Positions 18,306 to 30,124 are shown, counted from the stretch's first letter. The stretch is 50,662 nt of DNA from Candidatus Fermentibacterota bacterium (GCA_016928395.1 JAFGKV010000061.1:1-50662); one strand, 5' to 3'. The notes: generated by a model not told the origin, from the letters alone. Numbers and translations are program-made.

Positions 18306-18768
18306 AATGCCTCGCCCGGCTGCGAGGAAGGGGATGCTCGACGCGGCTGAATCGCCTGAGCTGGCGGGCTCATGTCAGGGGTGGCGGGAAGACTGGCGCC
18401 CTTGACTCCTGGCCATGACGCAACCACACTGCGGCCAGAGCAACAGAGCACCGCCTGTTGCTGCCGCAGGTTCCGGGCGAATCGCTGCTCGCCGTGACCG
18501 GAGAGTATCCGGCGGAGAGTTCGCGCGCACGGGCGGGCATGAAGCATCAGGAGGCTCGCTGATGGATGGCACAGAACCGCGATGCGCAGAGAGCTCGATC
18601 ACTGTCGAAGAAGGAACTGCTGCGGGCGACGACGCGACCTTAGGCTCTCGCCCGATTCCGATGACCGTAAGGCTGTCGAGATGCGCCTGGGTGAGATGGG
18701 AATCCGGCACGCGTCGTGACGCCGCTTGGCAATCCTGTCACCCGAGCCCCAAGGAAGGATAGGAGGCC

Positions 18769-19230
18769 GTGGGTTCGTCACTGGTCATCCTTGGCGTCGT
18801 GGTAGTCGCCGTGCTCTGGGCGATTCTGGGACGGCGCCAACGACGTGCGGAAATCGTCCGGATGCGGCCCCAAGATGAAGACCTGAGGCCGCGAACGCCG
18901 CCTCCCCCGTTACCGGCTGAGGCCGAGGCCAGGCTCCAGAAATTCCTGGCCAGACGACGGGCCATTGACGCCATTAAGCTGGTCCGGGCCCATACGGGAT
19001 GGGGCCTGAAACAGGCCAAACAGTATGTGCAATGGCGCCTAGATCCCCGACGCCCAATCCCCGAACTACCTTCCTCGTTGCTGGCGGCTGCGCCTCAGGA
19101 CCTCGAGCACGAACTACGGCGTCTGGTGGAACGTGGGCGCACCATCGAGGCCGTCAGATATGTGGTCAGCCAGACCGGCTGGGACCTGGAGCAAGCCCTG
19201 CGCTATGTGGAGGAACTGGAACGATCGTGA
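18769..19230 (+). CDS. Membrane-anchored protein with two ribosomal L7/L12 C-terminal-like repeats
   Basis: RBS AGGAGG; N-terminal TM; AIDAIKLVRAHTGWGLKQAKQYV and TIEAVRYVVSQTGWDLEQALRYVE. Confidence 0.75.
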   Translation: MGSSLVILGVVVVAVLWAILGRRQRRAEIVRMRPQDEDLRPRTPPPPLPAEAEARLQKFLARRRAIDAIKLVRAHTGWGLKQAKQYVQWRLDPRRPIPELPSSLLAAAPQDLEHELRRLVERGRTIEAVRYVVSQTGWDLEQALRYVEELERS

Positions 19231-19362
19231 CAGGTCGGGGTTGAGAACGCTCCTCAGAGCCGTTTTCACATCGAAGACGCTCTTCAAGGTCTCCTGCTAC
19301 CGGCCCTGATCGCCGCGCGGCATGGCGGTCACCAGCGGGGTCGGCGAATGGACGCGCACCGG

Positions 19363-20100
19363 TCAAGTGTGGGCGATATGCACTGCCGCCGCTCCCGCGG
19401 ACAGCGAGGTGAACTCGACACGGCTGAACCCGGCACCCTCCAGCATCACTTTCAGCTCCCGTGCATCAGGAAACCGCAGGATGGTGCGCGAGAGATACGC
19501 ATACGGAGATGCCGTCCCTGACACGAGCTTCCCCACCGGCTTCACCACCACGCGCACATAGAGGTGAAACAGCCGGCGAACAACCGCGTTCGTGGGCTGG
19601 CTCGTTTCCACGATCATCAGCCGCCCTCCAGAACGCAGCACCCTCCGCAGCTCGACCAAAGCCACTTCGAGCGCCTCCCGGCTCAGCATCAGATTGCGCG
19701 TGGCGAAGGACACGGTCACCAGATCCACCGTGTGGGAAGCCAGAGGCAAACGTGTCACATCGCCGCTGACCCACCGGATACGACCCTCCCTGGCCTCGAT
19801 CGCCTGCCAAAGCATCGCCGGGGAGAAGTCCAACCCCATCACCGTGCATGAAGATGACACTGCCCCTCGAAGCAGGCCCGCCATTTCTCCCGTACCCGTG
19901 CATACATCAACACAGACCAGTTCGTCTCCCCTGACCGCCAGCTCCATCGCCCGGCGCCTCCACCGAACATCCAGCCCCAAGGTCAAGACATGATTGACCC
20001 GCTCATACGTGCGCGGCACGGTGTTGAACATGGCGCGCAGAGCATGCCGGGGTCCCGCCGCGGGATCAGATGCCGTTCCTGGCGTGCCCGGTCTCCTCAC
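19363..20100 (-). CDS. menG: UbiE/MenG family quinone C-methyltransferase
   Basis: MFNTVPRTYERVNHVLTLGLD..WR, DVCTGTGEM, LDFSPAML, FATRN, YAYLSRTI. GTG start overlaps the upstream TGA. Confidence 0.85.
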   Translation of the reverse strand: MRRPGTPGTASDPAAGPRHALRAMFNTVPRTYERVNHVLTLGLDVRWRRRAMELAVRGDELVCVDVCTGTGEMAGLLRGAVSSSCTVMGLDFSPAMLWQAIEAREGRIRWVSGDVTRLPLASHTVDLVTVSFATRNLMLSREALEVALVELRRVLRSGGRLMIVETSQPTNAVVRRLFHLYVRVVVKPVGKLVSGTASPYAYLSRTILRFPDARELKVMLEGAGFSRVEFTSLSAGAAAVHIAHT

Positions 20101-20750
20101 ACGTCGTTGATATCCCGAGGCAGGTACTTGTCGAACAGGTAGGTTCGCCCATCCCACAGCACGGGGATGCCGCGGAACAGGTTGAAGGCGACCATGATCC
20201 ACACCAAGGTCACGGTGGTGGCCCGAAACACCGAGAGCGCACCCATCGAGAGCCACGGCGCCCCGTCCGCAACGGCTTGGCGGAAGGCCAGTTCAAGGCC
20301 CAACAGCACGAACACGACAACCTTGGAAACCCCGTACACCGCGCGGCTGAACCGCGAGGCCGTCAGAAACCGGGTGAGGGGCGAGCGCATCATGGTCTTA
20401 TCGCCGAAGGGTGTCTTACCCTCCTTGCTGAATGCCACGGTCCGCAGCGTATCCACGAGGAAGCTCCTGGTCACGAAGATCATGGGAACCCAGAAGGAGA
20501 CGGCTCCCACGGCCGCGTAGAAGATGAGGTAGATATGCTCGACGATGCGGTCACCCGTAATGTCGAACAGAGCCCCCACCTCGCTGGCCGCGTTAAGCTT
20601 CCGGGCCACATACCCGTCCAGCGAGTCGAGCCAGATCACGAAGATCGTCATGGCAAGGGCCGCGATGCGCAGGGTGAAACCTCCCTGAAACATGATCACA
20701 ACCACGAACACCAGCAGAATCCGGCCCAAAGTGATCATATTGGCTGCCAT
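20097..20750 (-). CDS. CDP-alcohol phosphatidyltransferase (PgsA-like)
   Basis: ANMITLGR; DSLDGYVARK..SEVGALFDITGDR signature; RBS AAGGAGG. Confidence 0.9.
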   Translation of the reverse strand: MAANMITLGRILLVFVVVIMFQGGFTLRIAALAMTIFVIWLDSLDGYVARKLNAASEVGALFDITGDRIVEHIYLIFYAAVGAVSFWVPMIFVTRSFLVDTLRTVAFSKEGKTPFGDKTMMRSPLTRFLTASRFSRAVYGVSKVVVFVLLGLELAFRQAVADGAPWLSMGALSVFRATTVTLVWIMVAFNLFRGIPVLWDGRTYLFDKYLPRDINDV

Positions 20751-20818
20751 GTGACCTCCTTCATGAGTCGCGGTATCGTCCACTCGCAGGGATGGAAGCC
20801 CCCCTGGCGCCCCTCTTC

Positions 20819-21286
20819 GCTTCGCTCCGCTCGCAGGTTCCAGAGTTCAGGCCGGCCCTCTTCACCTCCTCACCTCCTTACTTCTTCACCTCTTCGCCCC
20901 TTGACTGCCGGCCGCCGGCTCTCTCAGCTCCGCATTCCGCATTCGAAAGGCTGCCTACTACTGCCTCCGCCCGCAGGGCAGGACGTCCGTGGCGAGAGAA
21001 TCAGTGGCATAGCCCCATTCTCTCGTCACCTTCATGTCCTTCATGTTCTTCATGGTGAGATGCTTTCCTCTGTGACCTCTGTGCCTCCGTGGTGAATCTC
21101 TCCCCGGGGTCACCCCTTGACTGCCGACTGCCTCCCCTCGCAGGGCGAGGCACCCCGGAGCGGAAAGATGTGTCGCGTATGCGCCATCTTTCCGTCTCCT
21201 GCTCTTGTGCGCCTTCCTTCGTGTCCTTCGAGTCTTTGCGGTGAATCATGCCGCTCCACCTCACTCCTATCTCCTCACTCCTTCAC
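20819..21286. repeat. Mosaic intergenic repeat element A
   Basis: Stacked modules: GCTTCGCTCCGCTCGCAGGTTCCAGAGTTCAGG, 5x octamer CTCTTCAC-like, CCGCATT heptamers, 3x CTTCATGT nonamer, CTCTGTG repeats, hairpin 21161-21194, CTTCGTGT repeats, CTCACTC heptamers. Confidence 0.8.
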
Positions 21287-21288
21287 CC

Positions 21289-22479
21289 TCAGAACCTCCT
21301 CAGGAGGTGGACCGCCAGGCCGGTAAATGCGACCCCGTAGGCCGCCAGAATGCCCATGTAGGGCAACGTTGCGGCCACGCCACGATTGTACGCCATGATC
21401 TGGTGAAGAGCATCCATGGCCCAGGCCGTGGGAAAGACATGCCCCATGATCTGCATGAACCGCGGCACGATTTCCATGGGCCACCAACACCCCCCCAACG
21501 CAGCCATCGCCAGCGTCGCCACGATGCCCAGCCCAACCCCCGTGTCCACGGATCGCACCGATGCAGCCATGCACAGGCCCAGGCCTGCCGCGGCAAAGGC
21601 ATAGACCAGCAACACTGGGATGACCTCGACCAGGCGATACCCGATCCACACCCCGAGCCCGTGCTGCGCCACCATGGCGAGAATCCACAGGATCAGAATC
21701 TGAACCCCTCCGATCAGGAACCTACCCACCAGTTTCCCGGCGATGATCTCGCCATAGGAGGCAGGGGTTGATGACAGGTGCTGCAACAGCCCCCGTTGCC
21801 TCTCTACGACAAAGGTAGCGGTACCATGGGTGGCAAGGAGCAACAGCACCATCATGACCATAGTACCCGGCACGGTCTGCGTGAAGCCGGAAGGAGTGCC
21901 TACCACGCCCCCGACGAACGATGCCTCAACCACGACTTTCGGCGACCGATGCGTGAGTGCCTCAAAGGCGTCCAAAGGCTGTGCGGTGTCCATGCCCGCG
22001 ACCACGAACCGGGCCAGATTCTCAATGGTCGCGCGCCATGCCAGGGCCTGGGCCGCAAACCCGGCCAGTTCGCCCCCTCCGGAACCTTGGCGCAGCATGA
22101 GGCGGGCAGAGCCGTGGGAGGAGAGACTGTCCGTCAGTCCCTGAGGGATCATGAGGACCCTGGCACATCCCGCCGGCACCGTATCCGAGGATGCAACATC
22201 GCTCACGATGAACCGGTCTTTCCTCCCGTATGCAGCGGCTGCAACGCTGTCGACCATCTCATCAGACAACCGGGCAATGCTTGCCCGAATTGCACGTCCC
22301 ATGAACCCCGAATCGGCATCGGCCACACACACTCCGACCGTGGCGCCTCTGCTTCCCTCGAACTGGAGCAGAGCGAACAGCGAGGCATACACTACGGGAA
22401 ACAGCAACATCCAGAACAACGAACTGCGATCGCGCAGGACGCGCTGCGTCTCCATGATCGCGATAGCCAAGGCTCTCAA
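21289..22479 (-). CDS. ABC-2 type exporter permease
   Basis: TTG start overlapping the upstream stop; ERQRGLLQHLSSTP, GKLVG, LGGCWWP, PTAWAMDAL. Confidence 0.9.
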   Translation of the reverse strand: MRALAIAIMETQRVLRDRSSLFWMLLFPVVYASLFALLQFEGSRGATVGVCVADADSGFMGRAIRASIARLSDEMVDSVAAAAYGRKDRFIVSDVASSDTVPAGCARVLMIPQGLTDSLSSHGSARLMLRQGSGGGELAGFAAQALAWRATIENLARFVVAGMDTAQPLDAFEALTHRSPKVVVEASFVGGVVGTPSGFTQTVPGTMVMMVLLLLATHGTATFVVERQRGLLQHLSSTPASYGEIIAGKLVGRFLIGGVQILILWILAMVAQHGLGVWIGYRLVEVIPVLLVYAFAAAGLGLCMAASVRSVDTGVGLGIVATLAMAALGGCWWPMEIVPRFMQIMGHVFPTAWAMDALHQIMAYNRGVAATLPYMGILAAYGVAFTGLAVHLLRRF

Positions 22480-23708
22480 CGGGTCACCTTTCGCAAGAGC
22501 GCCCACCCCCCCGCGGTCATCAACACGATCCCACCGAAGAACAGCACCGCCGTCTCGCGGATGACGGCAGCGGGCCCCTCACCACCCATGATGGTCAGGA
22601 ACCCGTCTATGGCCCAGCGATTGGGCGTCAGCCCAGCGAGAATGGCCAGGGGCCCGCGCTCCGCGCGGAATGGGATCATACTCCCGCCCACCAGGCCCAT
22701 GATGAGGACGACCATGACTCCCAACGCATCAGCCTGCCGCCCGGTTCGCGAGATACCTACCAGCAGCATCATAATGCCCGCGGTGGCCACGGCAAACGAT
22801 CCCGCCACCATCATCACACCCACGGGGTTACCCCAATTGATGCCGAAGAGCAATGCCCCCGCCGGCATCAAGATGAGGAATCCGGCCCCGATGATCACCA
22901 AGAGCGCCAGCGTCTTGCCCGCGCCATATTCGATAGGATTCAGTGGCGAGGCCAACAGGGCCGACAGCATCCCGTTTTCGTGCTCCTCACTCACCTCTCG
23001 GAGCAGCTTCTGCCCGATCATCATGAGCATGAGCACCGTCAGCCCGGGAAGCACCGCGCCGAACACACCGATACTCCGCCCCGCGCTCTGCTCTCGAACG
23101 GAATCCACGTGCAGAGGCCACGGCGTGAGCGATTCCGAAAGATGATAGATCTTCCGGCTGATCCGCTCAGCCATACCCCCCACCCGGGCCTCGCCTGAAA
23201 GGCCGTCCGATGGAAACGGGTCCCCCGTGGCGCGGATGTCGTCTTCCAGAACCAGAATCAGCGCATCCAGCACAGTGGCCAACGCCCCGGCCGCATGGTG
23301 GGCGATCACCGGCATGAAGCGCTCGGCGGGGTTCTTGACGAGTTGGAGGGTAGCCTTCGAGCCGGACAGGATGGAGTCTGCAAAACCGGGAGGGATGATC
23401 AAGAGGGCCGAGGCCTTGCCCTCTCTGAGCATCTCCATTCCCTCATCGCGGACAAAGGCCGCATCCACGAAGTCAGCCGTACGCTCCTGTCCCAGCGCTG
23501 AGGTGATAAAACGGCTCACGAGACTCCCATCGCGATCCCACACCAGAAGCCTGAGTCTGGGGATCTTGCCAGGCTGGCTCGATGACCCGAACGACAGCCC
23601 CATGATGCCAGCCAGGATCAGCGGTACCGACAGCATGAGCCCGATGCCCAAGGGCGCCATGGCGGCCCGCTTCAGGTCACGCCATGCCACCGCACACACC
23701 CGGTTCAC
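22476..23708 (-). CDS. ABC-2 type exporter permease
   Basis: EHENGMLSALLASP, GKTL, VGGSMIP, TPNRWAIDGF; large extracytoplasmic loop. Confidence 0.9.
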   Translation of the reverse strand: MNRVCAVAWRDLKRAAMAPLGIGLMLSVPLILAGIMGLSFGSSSQPGKIPRLRLLVWDRDGSLVSRFITSALGQERTADFVDAAFVRDEGMEMLREGKASALLIIPPGFADSILSGSKATLQLVKNPAERFMPVIAHHAAGALATVLDALILVLEDDIRATGDPFPSDGLSGEARVGGMAERISRKIYHLSESLTPWPLHVDSVREQSAGRSIGVFGAVLPGLTVLMLMMIGQKLLREVSEEHENGMLSALLASPLNPIEYGAGKTLALLVIIGAGFLILMPAGALLFGINWGNPVGVMMVAGSFAVATAGIMMLLVGISRTGRQADALGVMVVLIMGLVGGSMIPFRAERGPLAILAGLTPNRWAIDGFLTIMGGEGPAAVIRETAVLFFGGIVLMTAGGWALLRKVTR

Positions 23709-24643
23709 TCCCTGAGCTCCCTCCCTGTGAGTTGGATGAAGACGCTCTGGAGGGTGGGCCGTTCAACCATCACGCTGCTGACATCGGGTACCGTGTTGAG
23801 CACACTGTGCAGTAGTTCCGGCACGCCTCTGTCTCCATCCTGCTCCAGTACTGCGGTACGCGTGTCCCTCGACACCAGCCGCAGCCCGGAGAGGGCATCC
23901 AGGCGTGCCCCGTCGGCCTCGGCGAATGTGCCCTGCAGTCTGATGACCGCCCCATGCCGTACCACGCGAAGAAGCTCCTCGAGAGTGCCCTGGGCGAGCA
24001 CCCGGCCATGGTCGATGATGGCGATACGGGAGCAGATGGCTTCAGCCTCCTCGAGGTAGTGGGTTGTATAGAGCACCGCAGTACCTTCGGCCGCGATACC
24101 ACGCACCCTATCCAGCAACAGAATCCGAGCCTGCGGATCGATGCCCAAAGTTGGTTCATCCAAGACCAGAACCTTGGGGCGGTGTATCAGACCCATGCAC
24201 AGATTCAGCCGGCGCTTCATGCCACCTGAGTAAGTCGCCACCCTGTCCTTGGCCCGAGTCTCGAGGCCGACCATGGCCAGCAGCTCATCGATGCGAAGGT
24301 CGAGTGTTGCTCCGCCCATGCCGTACAGCCTACCCCAGAAACGAAGATTGTCGTGGGCGGTGAGTTCCTCATACACGGTGATCTGCTGCGGCACCACGCC
24401 CACATTGCGCCGGATGCGGGGCGTCCTGGGCGATATCTCCTCGCCGTTGATCGTGACGCGCCCCGCATCGGGGGACAGCACCCCCGTGAGCACTCGCACG
24501 GTGGTGGTCTTGCCGGCCCCGTTGGGGCCTAGAAGGCCGAATACCTCGCCCTCCTCTACGGAGAAGGCCACGTCGACCAGGGCCTCGATGGAACCGAAGC
24601 GCTTCCGGATATGATCCACCTGCACGAGCGGCACAGCCATCAT
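23705..24643 (-). CDS. ABC exporter ATP-binding protein (DrrA/LnrL-like)
   Basis: GPNGAGKTT, YSGGMKRR, VLDEPT, TTHYLEEAE. ATG overlaps the moeA-like stop. Confidence 0.95.
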   Translation of the reverse strand: MMAVPLVQVDHIRKRFGSIEALVDVAFSVEEGEVFGLLGPNGAGKTTTVRVLTGVLSPDAGRVTINGEEISPRTPRIRRNVGVVPQQITVYEELTAHDNLRFWGRLYGMGGATLDLRIDELLAMVGLETRAKDRVATYSGGMKRRLNLCMGLIHRPKVLVLDEPTLGIDPQARILLLDRVRGIAAEGTAVLYTTHYLEEAEAICSRIAIIDHGRVLAQGTLEELLRVVRHGAVIRLQGTFAEADGARLDALSGLRLVSRDTRTAVLEQDGDRGVPELLHSVLNTVPDVSSVMVERPTLQSVFIQLTGRELRE

Positions 24644-25782
24644 CGAAACCCCGCCCGGACGGGAATCACCTCCGCCGAGTACCCAGCGCGGACGTCCCTC
24701 CCGTCGGAAGAGATGCACAGTCCATGCACCGAGGCCGCGGAAAACACTACCCCTCCCGGCCATCCCTTGACGGGCCGCGCGATGAGAGCCCGACCCTCAG
24801 TCTTCAGTTCAATCGCCCAGACCGCACACACACCCGCCGTGCCGCGAAGCGTCTGCTCCATCATTGCCCCCACCTTGCGTGGCTCACCGACCGGCACACC
24901 CGTGAGCTTCTGGACCAGCGGAGCGATCAATAGCTCGGAGGTCACCAGCAAGTCGGCGGCCGCGGAGGATACCAGGAGCACCGGCATACCCCGGGCCATG
25001 CCGAAGAACGATGCACAGCCCGGATGCAGGGCTACTCCCAAGAACCGTTGATCGACTCCCTTCTTTGCCAAGATCTGCGCGAGATCGTCACTGTGCACGG
25101 CTCCCGAAGCGGCCACAAGGATCAGCGCATCGTCTTCGTCGAACGCCTTGCTCATGGCGAACTCGATGTCCTCCGGATTGCGCGGCACCGGTCCCAATTG
25201 AACCGGGATTCCCCCGCACGCCCCGACATAGGCCGCCAGCATGGGAGAGGCGCCGTCATACCGTTTGCCGGGTCCCAGAGTGTCATCCAGTCTGGCCAGC
25301 TCATCGCCAATCGCAACTACGGCGATGCGCGGCTTGCGATGTACAGGCACCCGCCGCGTTCCCAATTCGGCCAGGAGTCGAACATCCATCGCCGACAGGT
25401 TGGTCCCCCGCGGAATGATCACCTCGTCGGAGGTTGCCAGCATCCCCGCCTCGACGATCCCTTCACCCTCGCCCGCTGGGTAGCTCCCCGGGGCGCGCAC
25501 GATTGCCGCGGCATCGGGGGGAACTATGTCGCCGGGCGAGACCGCGAGCGGTTCAACCGCAGGATCGACTGGTGACTCCATCAGGATGCCGTGGGGAGCC
25601 ATGTCGTCTTCCCGACAGAGAAACCCCTCCACCGCCGCAATCCGCACAGGGGGCAGCGGCACGGGAGCCAGAATGTCCTCCGATGCAACGCGCCCCCCGG
25701 CATCCAACAAGGCAATCCGCTCAGGTTCGACCGGGGAAACCGACGTCAGGATGAGGTTCCGCGCATTATCAAGACTGGTCAT
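24640..25782 (-). CDS. MoeA/gephyrin-like protein with degenerate active-site motifs
   Basis: ERIALLDAGGRVASEDILAPVPLPP and VPVHRKPRIAVVAIGDEL fit MoeA, but the canonical catalytic motifs are replaced. Confidence 0.8.
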   Translation of the reverse strand: MTSLDNARNLILTSVSPVEPERIALLDAGGRVASEDILAPVPLPPVRIAAVEGFLCREDDMAPHGILMESPVDPAVEPLAVSPGDIVPPDAAAIVRAPGSYPAGEGEGIVEAGMLATSDEVIIPRGTNLSAMDVRLLAELGTRRVPVHRKPRIAVVAIGDELARLDDTLGPGKRYDGASPMLAAYVGACGGIPVQLGPVPRNPEDIEFAMSKAFDEDDALILVAASGAVHSDDLAQILAKKGVDQRFLGVALHPGCASFFGMARGMPVLLVSSAAADLLVTSELLIAPLVQKLTGVPVGEPRKVGAMMEQTLRGTAGVCAVWAIELKTEGRALIARPVKGWPGGVVFSAASVHGLCISSDGRDVRAGYSAEVIPVRAGFR

Positions 25783-25838
25783 AGGTCTCCCCCGTGTGAA
25801 TATCCAAGGAACCGCCGTGATGCGAAGAATCGACTGGG

Positions 25839-25867
25839 ATAATACCCACACCGCCGGGTGCCGTCAA
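25839..25867 (-). promoter_or_regulatory. Sigma70-type promoter for the moeA-like/ABC operon
   Basis: Minus strand TTGACG-17 nt-TATTAT. Confidence 0.65.
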
Positions 25868-25895
25868 TCGCTCGCCAGAAGCTCCTGGCTCGCAG

Positions 25896-25924
25896 TTGCG
25901 TCGCTGCCGTCCGAAACGTACCTT
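25896..25924 (+). promoter_or_regulatory. Putative sigma70-type promoter for tRNA-Glu
   Basis: TTGCGT-17 nt-TACCTT, ending 11 nt before the tRNA. Confidence 0.5.
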
Positions 25925-25935
25925 GCTGTCCTTCC

Positions 25936-26010
25936 GCCCCTATCGTCTAGCGGTTAGGACATCGGCTTTTCAAGCCGAGAACACGGGTTCGACTCCCGTT
26001 GGGGGTGCCA
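25936..26010 (+). tRNA. tRNA-Glu (anticodon TTC)
   Basis: Cloverleaf: acceptor GCCCCTA/TGGGGGT, anticodon arm TCGGC-TTTTCAA-GCCGA, T arm ACGGG-TTCGACT-CCCGT, encoded CCA. Confidence 0.97.
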
Positions 26011-26323
26011 GCTTCGCTACGCTCGCAGGTTCCAGGGTTCAGGGTTCAGTGCGGCCTCTGAGGACGCCGGGCTCCCTCAGAATTCTCAGGGTTGAGAGTA
26101 CGGCCAGCAGTTGGCTCTCGGCTCTCAGCCCACTCCTTTCTCCTCACTTCTCACCCAAGGGCGCAATCGCTATTGCAATCGCTATCGCTATCGGAGCCGC
26201 AGCTCCGAGTACGAGTATGAGTACGAGGTCAGGATGTACTCTCAAACAAGCCTGGATTGCCGACTGGCCTCCAGCCCATTCTCTCATCACTCTCCCGCCT
26301 CCCTTCATGGTCTTCATGGTGAG
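26011..26323. repeat. Mosaic intergenic repeat element B, directly after the tRNA
   Basis: Shares modules with elements A and D: GGTTCAG heptamers, GCTCTCG, CTCACT, ATCGCT hexamers, GAGTAC hexamers, CTTCATGGT nonamers. Confidence 0.8.
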
Positions 26324-26802
26324 TCCTCGCCACGCTCCGATCACTGGTAAGTTGTTCCCGAAATCAGTGGTGACTTTCACCGAAATGCGCAACAATCCGG
26401 ACCTGACGGTCTTCATCGATGTTCAGGACTACTGCACCGCCCTCGATGAGTCGGGGGTAGGAGTTGCGGGCCCGACTCCGGAAGCGTTGGGCCCCGGGAT
26501 GATGCTGATGGTGAGTGACAAGGACGTCGAGGCATTCAAAGGCGCATGGGAAGGCCAAGGCGTGGTATCCGAAGGCCAGCGACAGAGCGCGCCCCCTCGT
26601 ATTCTGTCCGCGACGGTCGCGCCATGACTCACCTCTCTGGATCAATGCCAAAGTGAATCACACAACAACCCTGTCGCATGTCAAGGCCTGCCCCCAGTGC
26701 ATTCCACTTTCAGTACCAACGCTCCTTAGGTTGCGGGTTCGCGTCTCTCCTACGTGGCAGACCTTTAGACTCACGTTGCCGCGGCTCCCCAAAGAAACGT
26801 CA

Positions 26803-26840
26803 CCGGTTCAGCGACGGCGATTGGCCGTCCGCTGAACCGG
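26803..26840 (-). terminator. Strong hairpin downstream of katG (probable terminator)
   Basis: CCGGTTCAGCG-ACGGC-loop-GCCGT-C-CGCTGAACCGG, followed on the minus strand by TGACGTTTCTTT. Confidence 0.55.
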
Positions 26841-26901
26841 GGGGAATTCGGCCGTCTTCGCGCAGCCCTTTTACAGGCGCTCGAAGAAATCTTGGCTTCG
26901 A

Positions 26902-29208
<2,307 letters not shown>

Positions 29209-29601
29209 TCAATTCAGTTCCACCCTGGCCGTCGCGCCGTCCAGTACGACGCGATCCGCCCGCGCGTACGCGGAATTGAACTCTGTGATGTAGCTGGTAA
29301 CACACAACGGTCAGTCGGCGCGTCCCTCCTTCTGGTCTGTCGGGAGAAGATGGCGTGATCGTGCGTCACGTGACCGCCACTCTCTGCCGGCGCCAGCGGC
29401 GCAGAATGAAAACCCGCTTATCGATATGGGCTTCGTATCTCAACCCCTTGTGCACCATGCAGACACGCATGAACACTCAGAGAACACCTCATCCCCTGCC
29501 CAACACCCGGACCAAAGTCCCTGTCAGCGGGAGCATAACGCAACTGTCTGCTACCTACCAACAGGAAGCATCTTAATGAGAACTGTATCAATAGCAAGTT
29601 C

Positions 29602-29618
29602 CGCAATTTCCGTACCAA
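29602..29618 (-). promoter_or_regulatory. Possible sigma54 promoter pointing toward katG
   Basis: Minus strand TTGGTACGGAAATTGCG closely matches TGGCAC-N5-TTGC, within an AT-rich patch. Confidence 0.45.
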
Positions 29619-30124
29619 CCAGGCATAGCCGGTCTGGGACACGGGTATCCAGGATTGGGCGCCGCGTCCGGGACCGCCTTCCCACCGTGGTCTCTCTCGG
29701 CCAGGCCAAGCAACGCATTAGGGTCAGGCCTTGACACGTGACGGTCGCTTCTCAATCGTGTGGTGTTGCGGGCACGTCCGTGAAATGGGGCCTCTCTGAA
29801 CAGGGGCTGGGACGCACTAGTACGTGCTTCTTCCGTACGTCCCCTCCGCCGCGCATCAGCACCGTGATGAACGCGCGCACGCCCGGTCAGCCGCGCCTGG
29901 GAGCCAGGGTCGGGAATTCCGAGCCCTCGCCCAAGCGGCCTCCGCGGCACTATTCTAGTATGAGAATAGCGCCCTTGCGGTACCATCCGCCAGGGTATCC
30001 TCCAGTACCGTCGGAGAGAATGCTCCCCAAGCTACGTGGCTGAGTCGCCGAGAAAGTGGCGTCTGGCATGTGTGGGCGGTGTTGGCAGGCTAGACCACGG
30101 TTGTCCGCAAGGCTATCTCCCGTT

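Noticed and set aside
20819-21286. CRISPR array or integron attC interpretation of the repeats
   Set aside because: No constant repeat with unique spacers, no cas or intI gene, and no RYYYAAC/GTTRRRY-bounded units.
21778-23145. Long antisense ORFs (also 48629-50044 and 20070-21095)
   Set aside because: Shadow ORFs of well-supported genes in GC-rich DNA, with no recognisable motifs.
25896-26627. 243-aa ORF
   Set aside because: It overlaps tRNA-Glu and repeat element B; IAIAIA/STSMST are repeat translations. The last ~90 codons may be a gene fragment, but I cannot assign them.
29355-30050. Short ORFs between katG and the lipoprotein
   Set aside because: No RBS or motif support, and they overlap palindromic elements.
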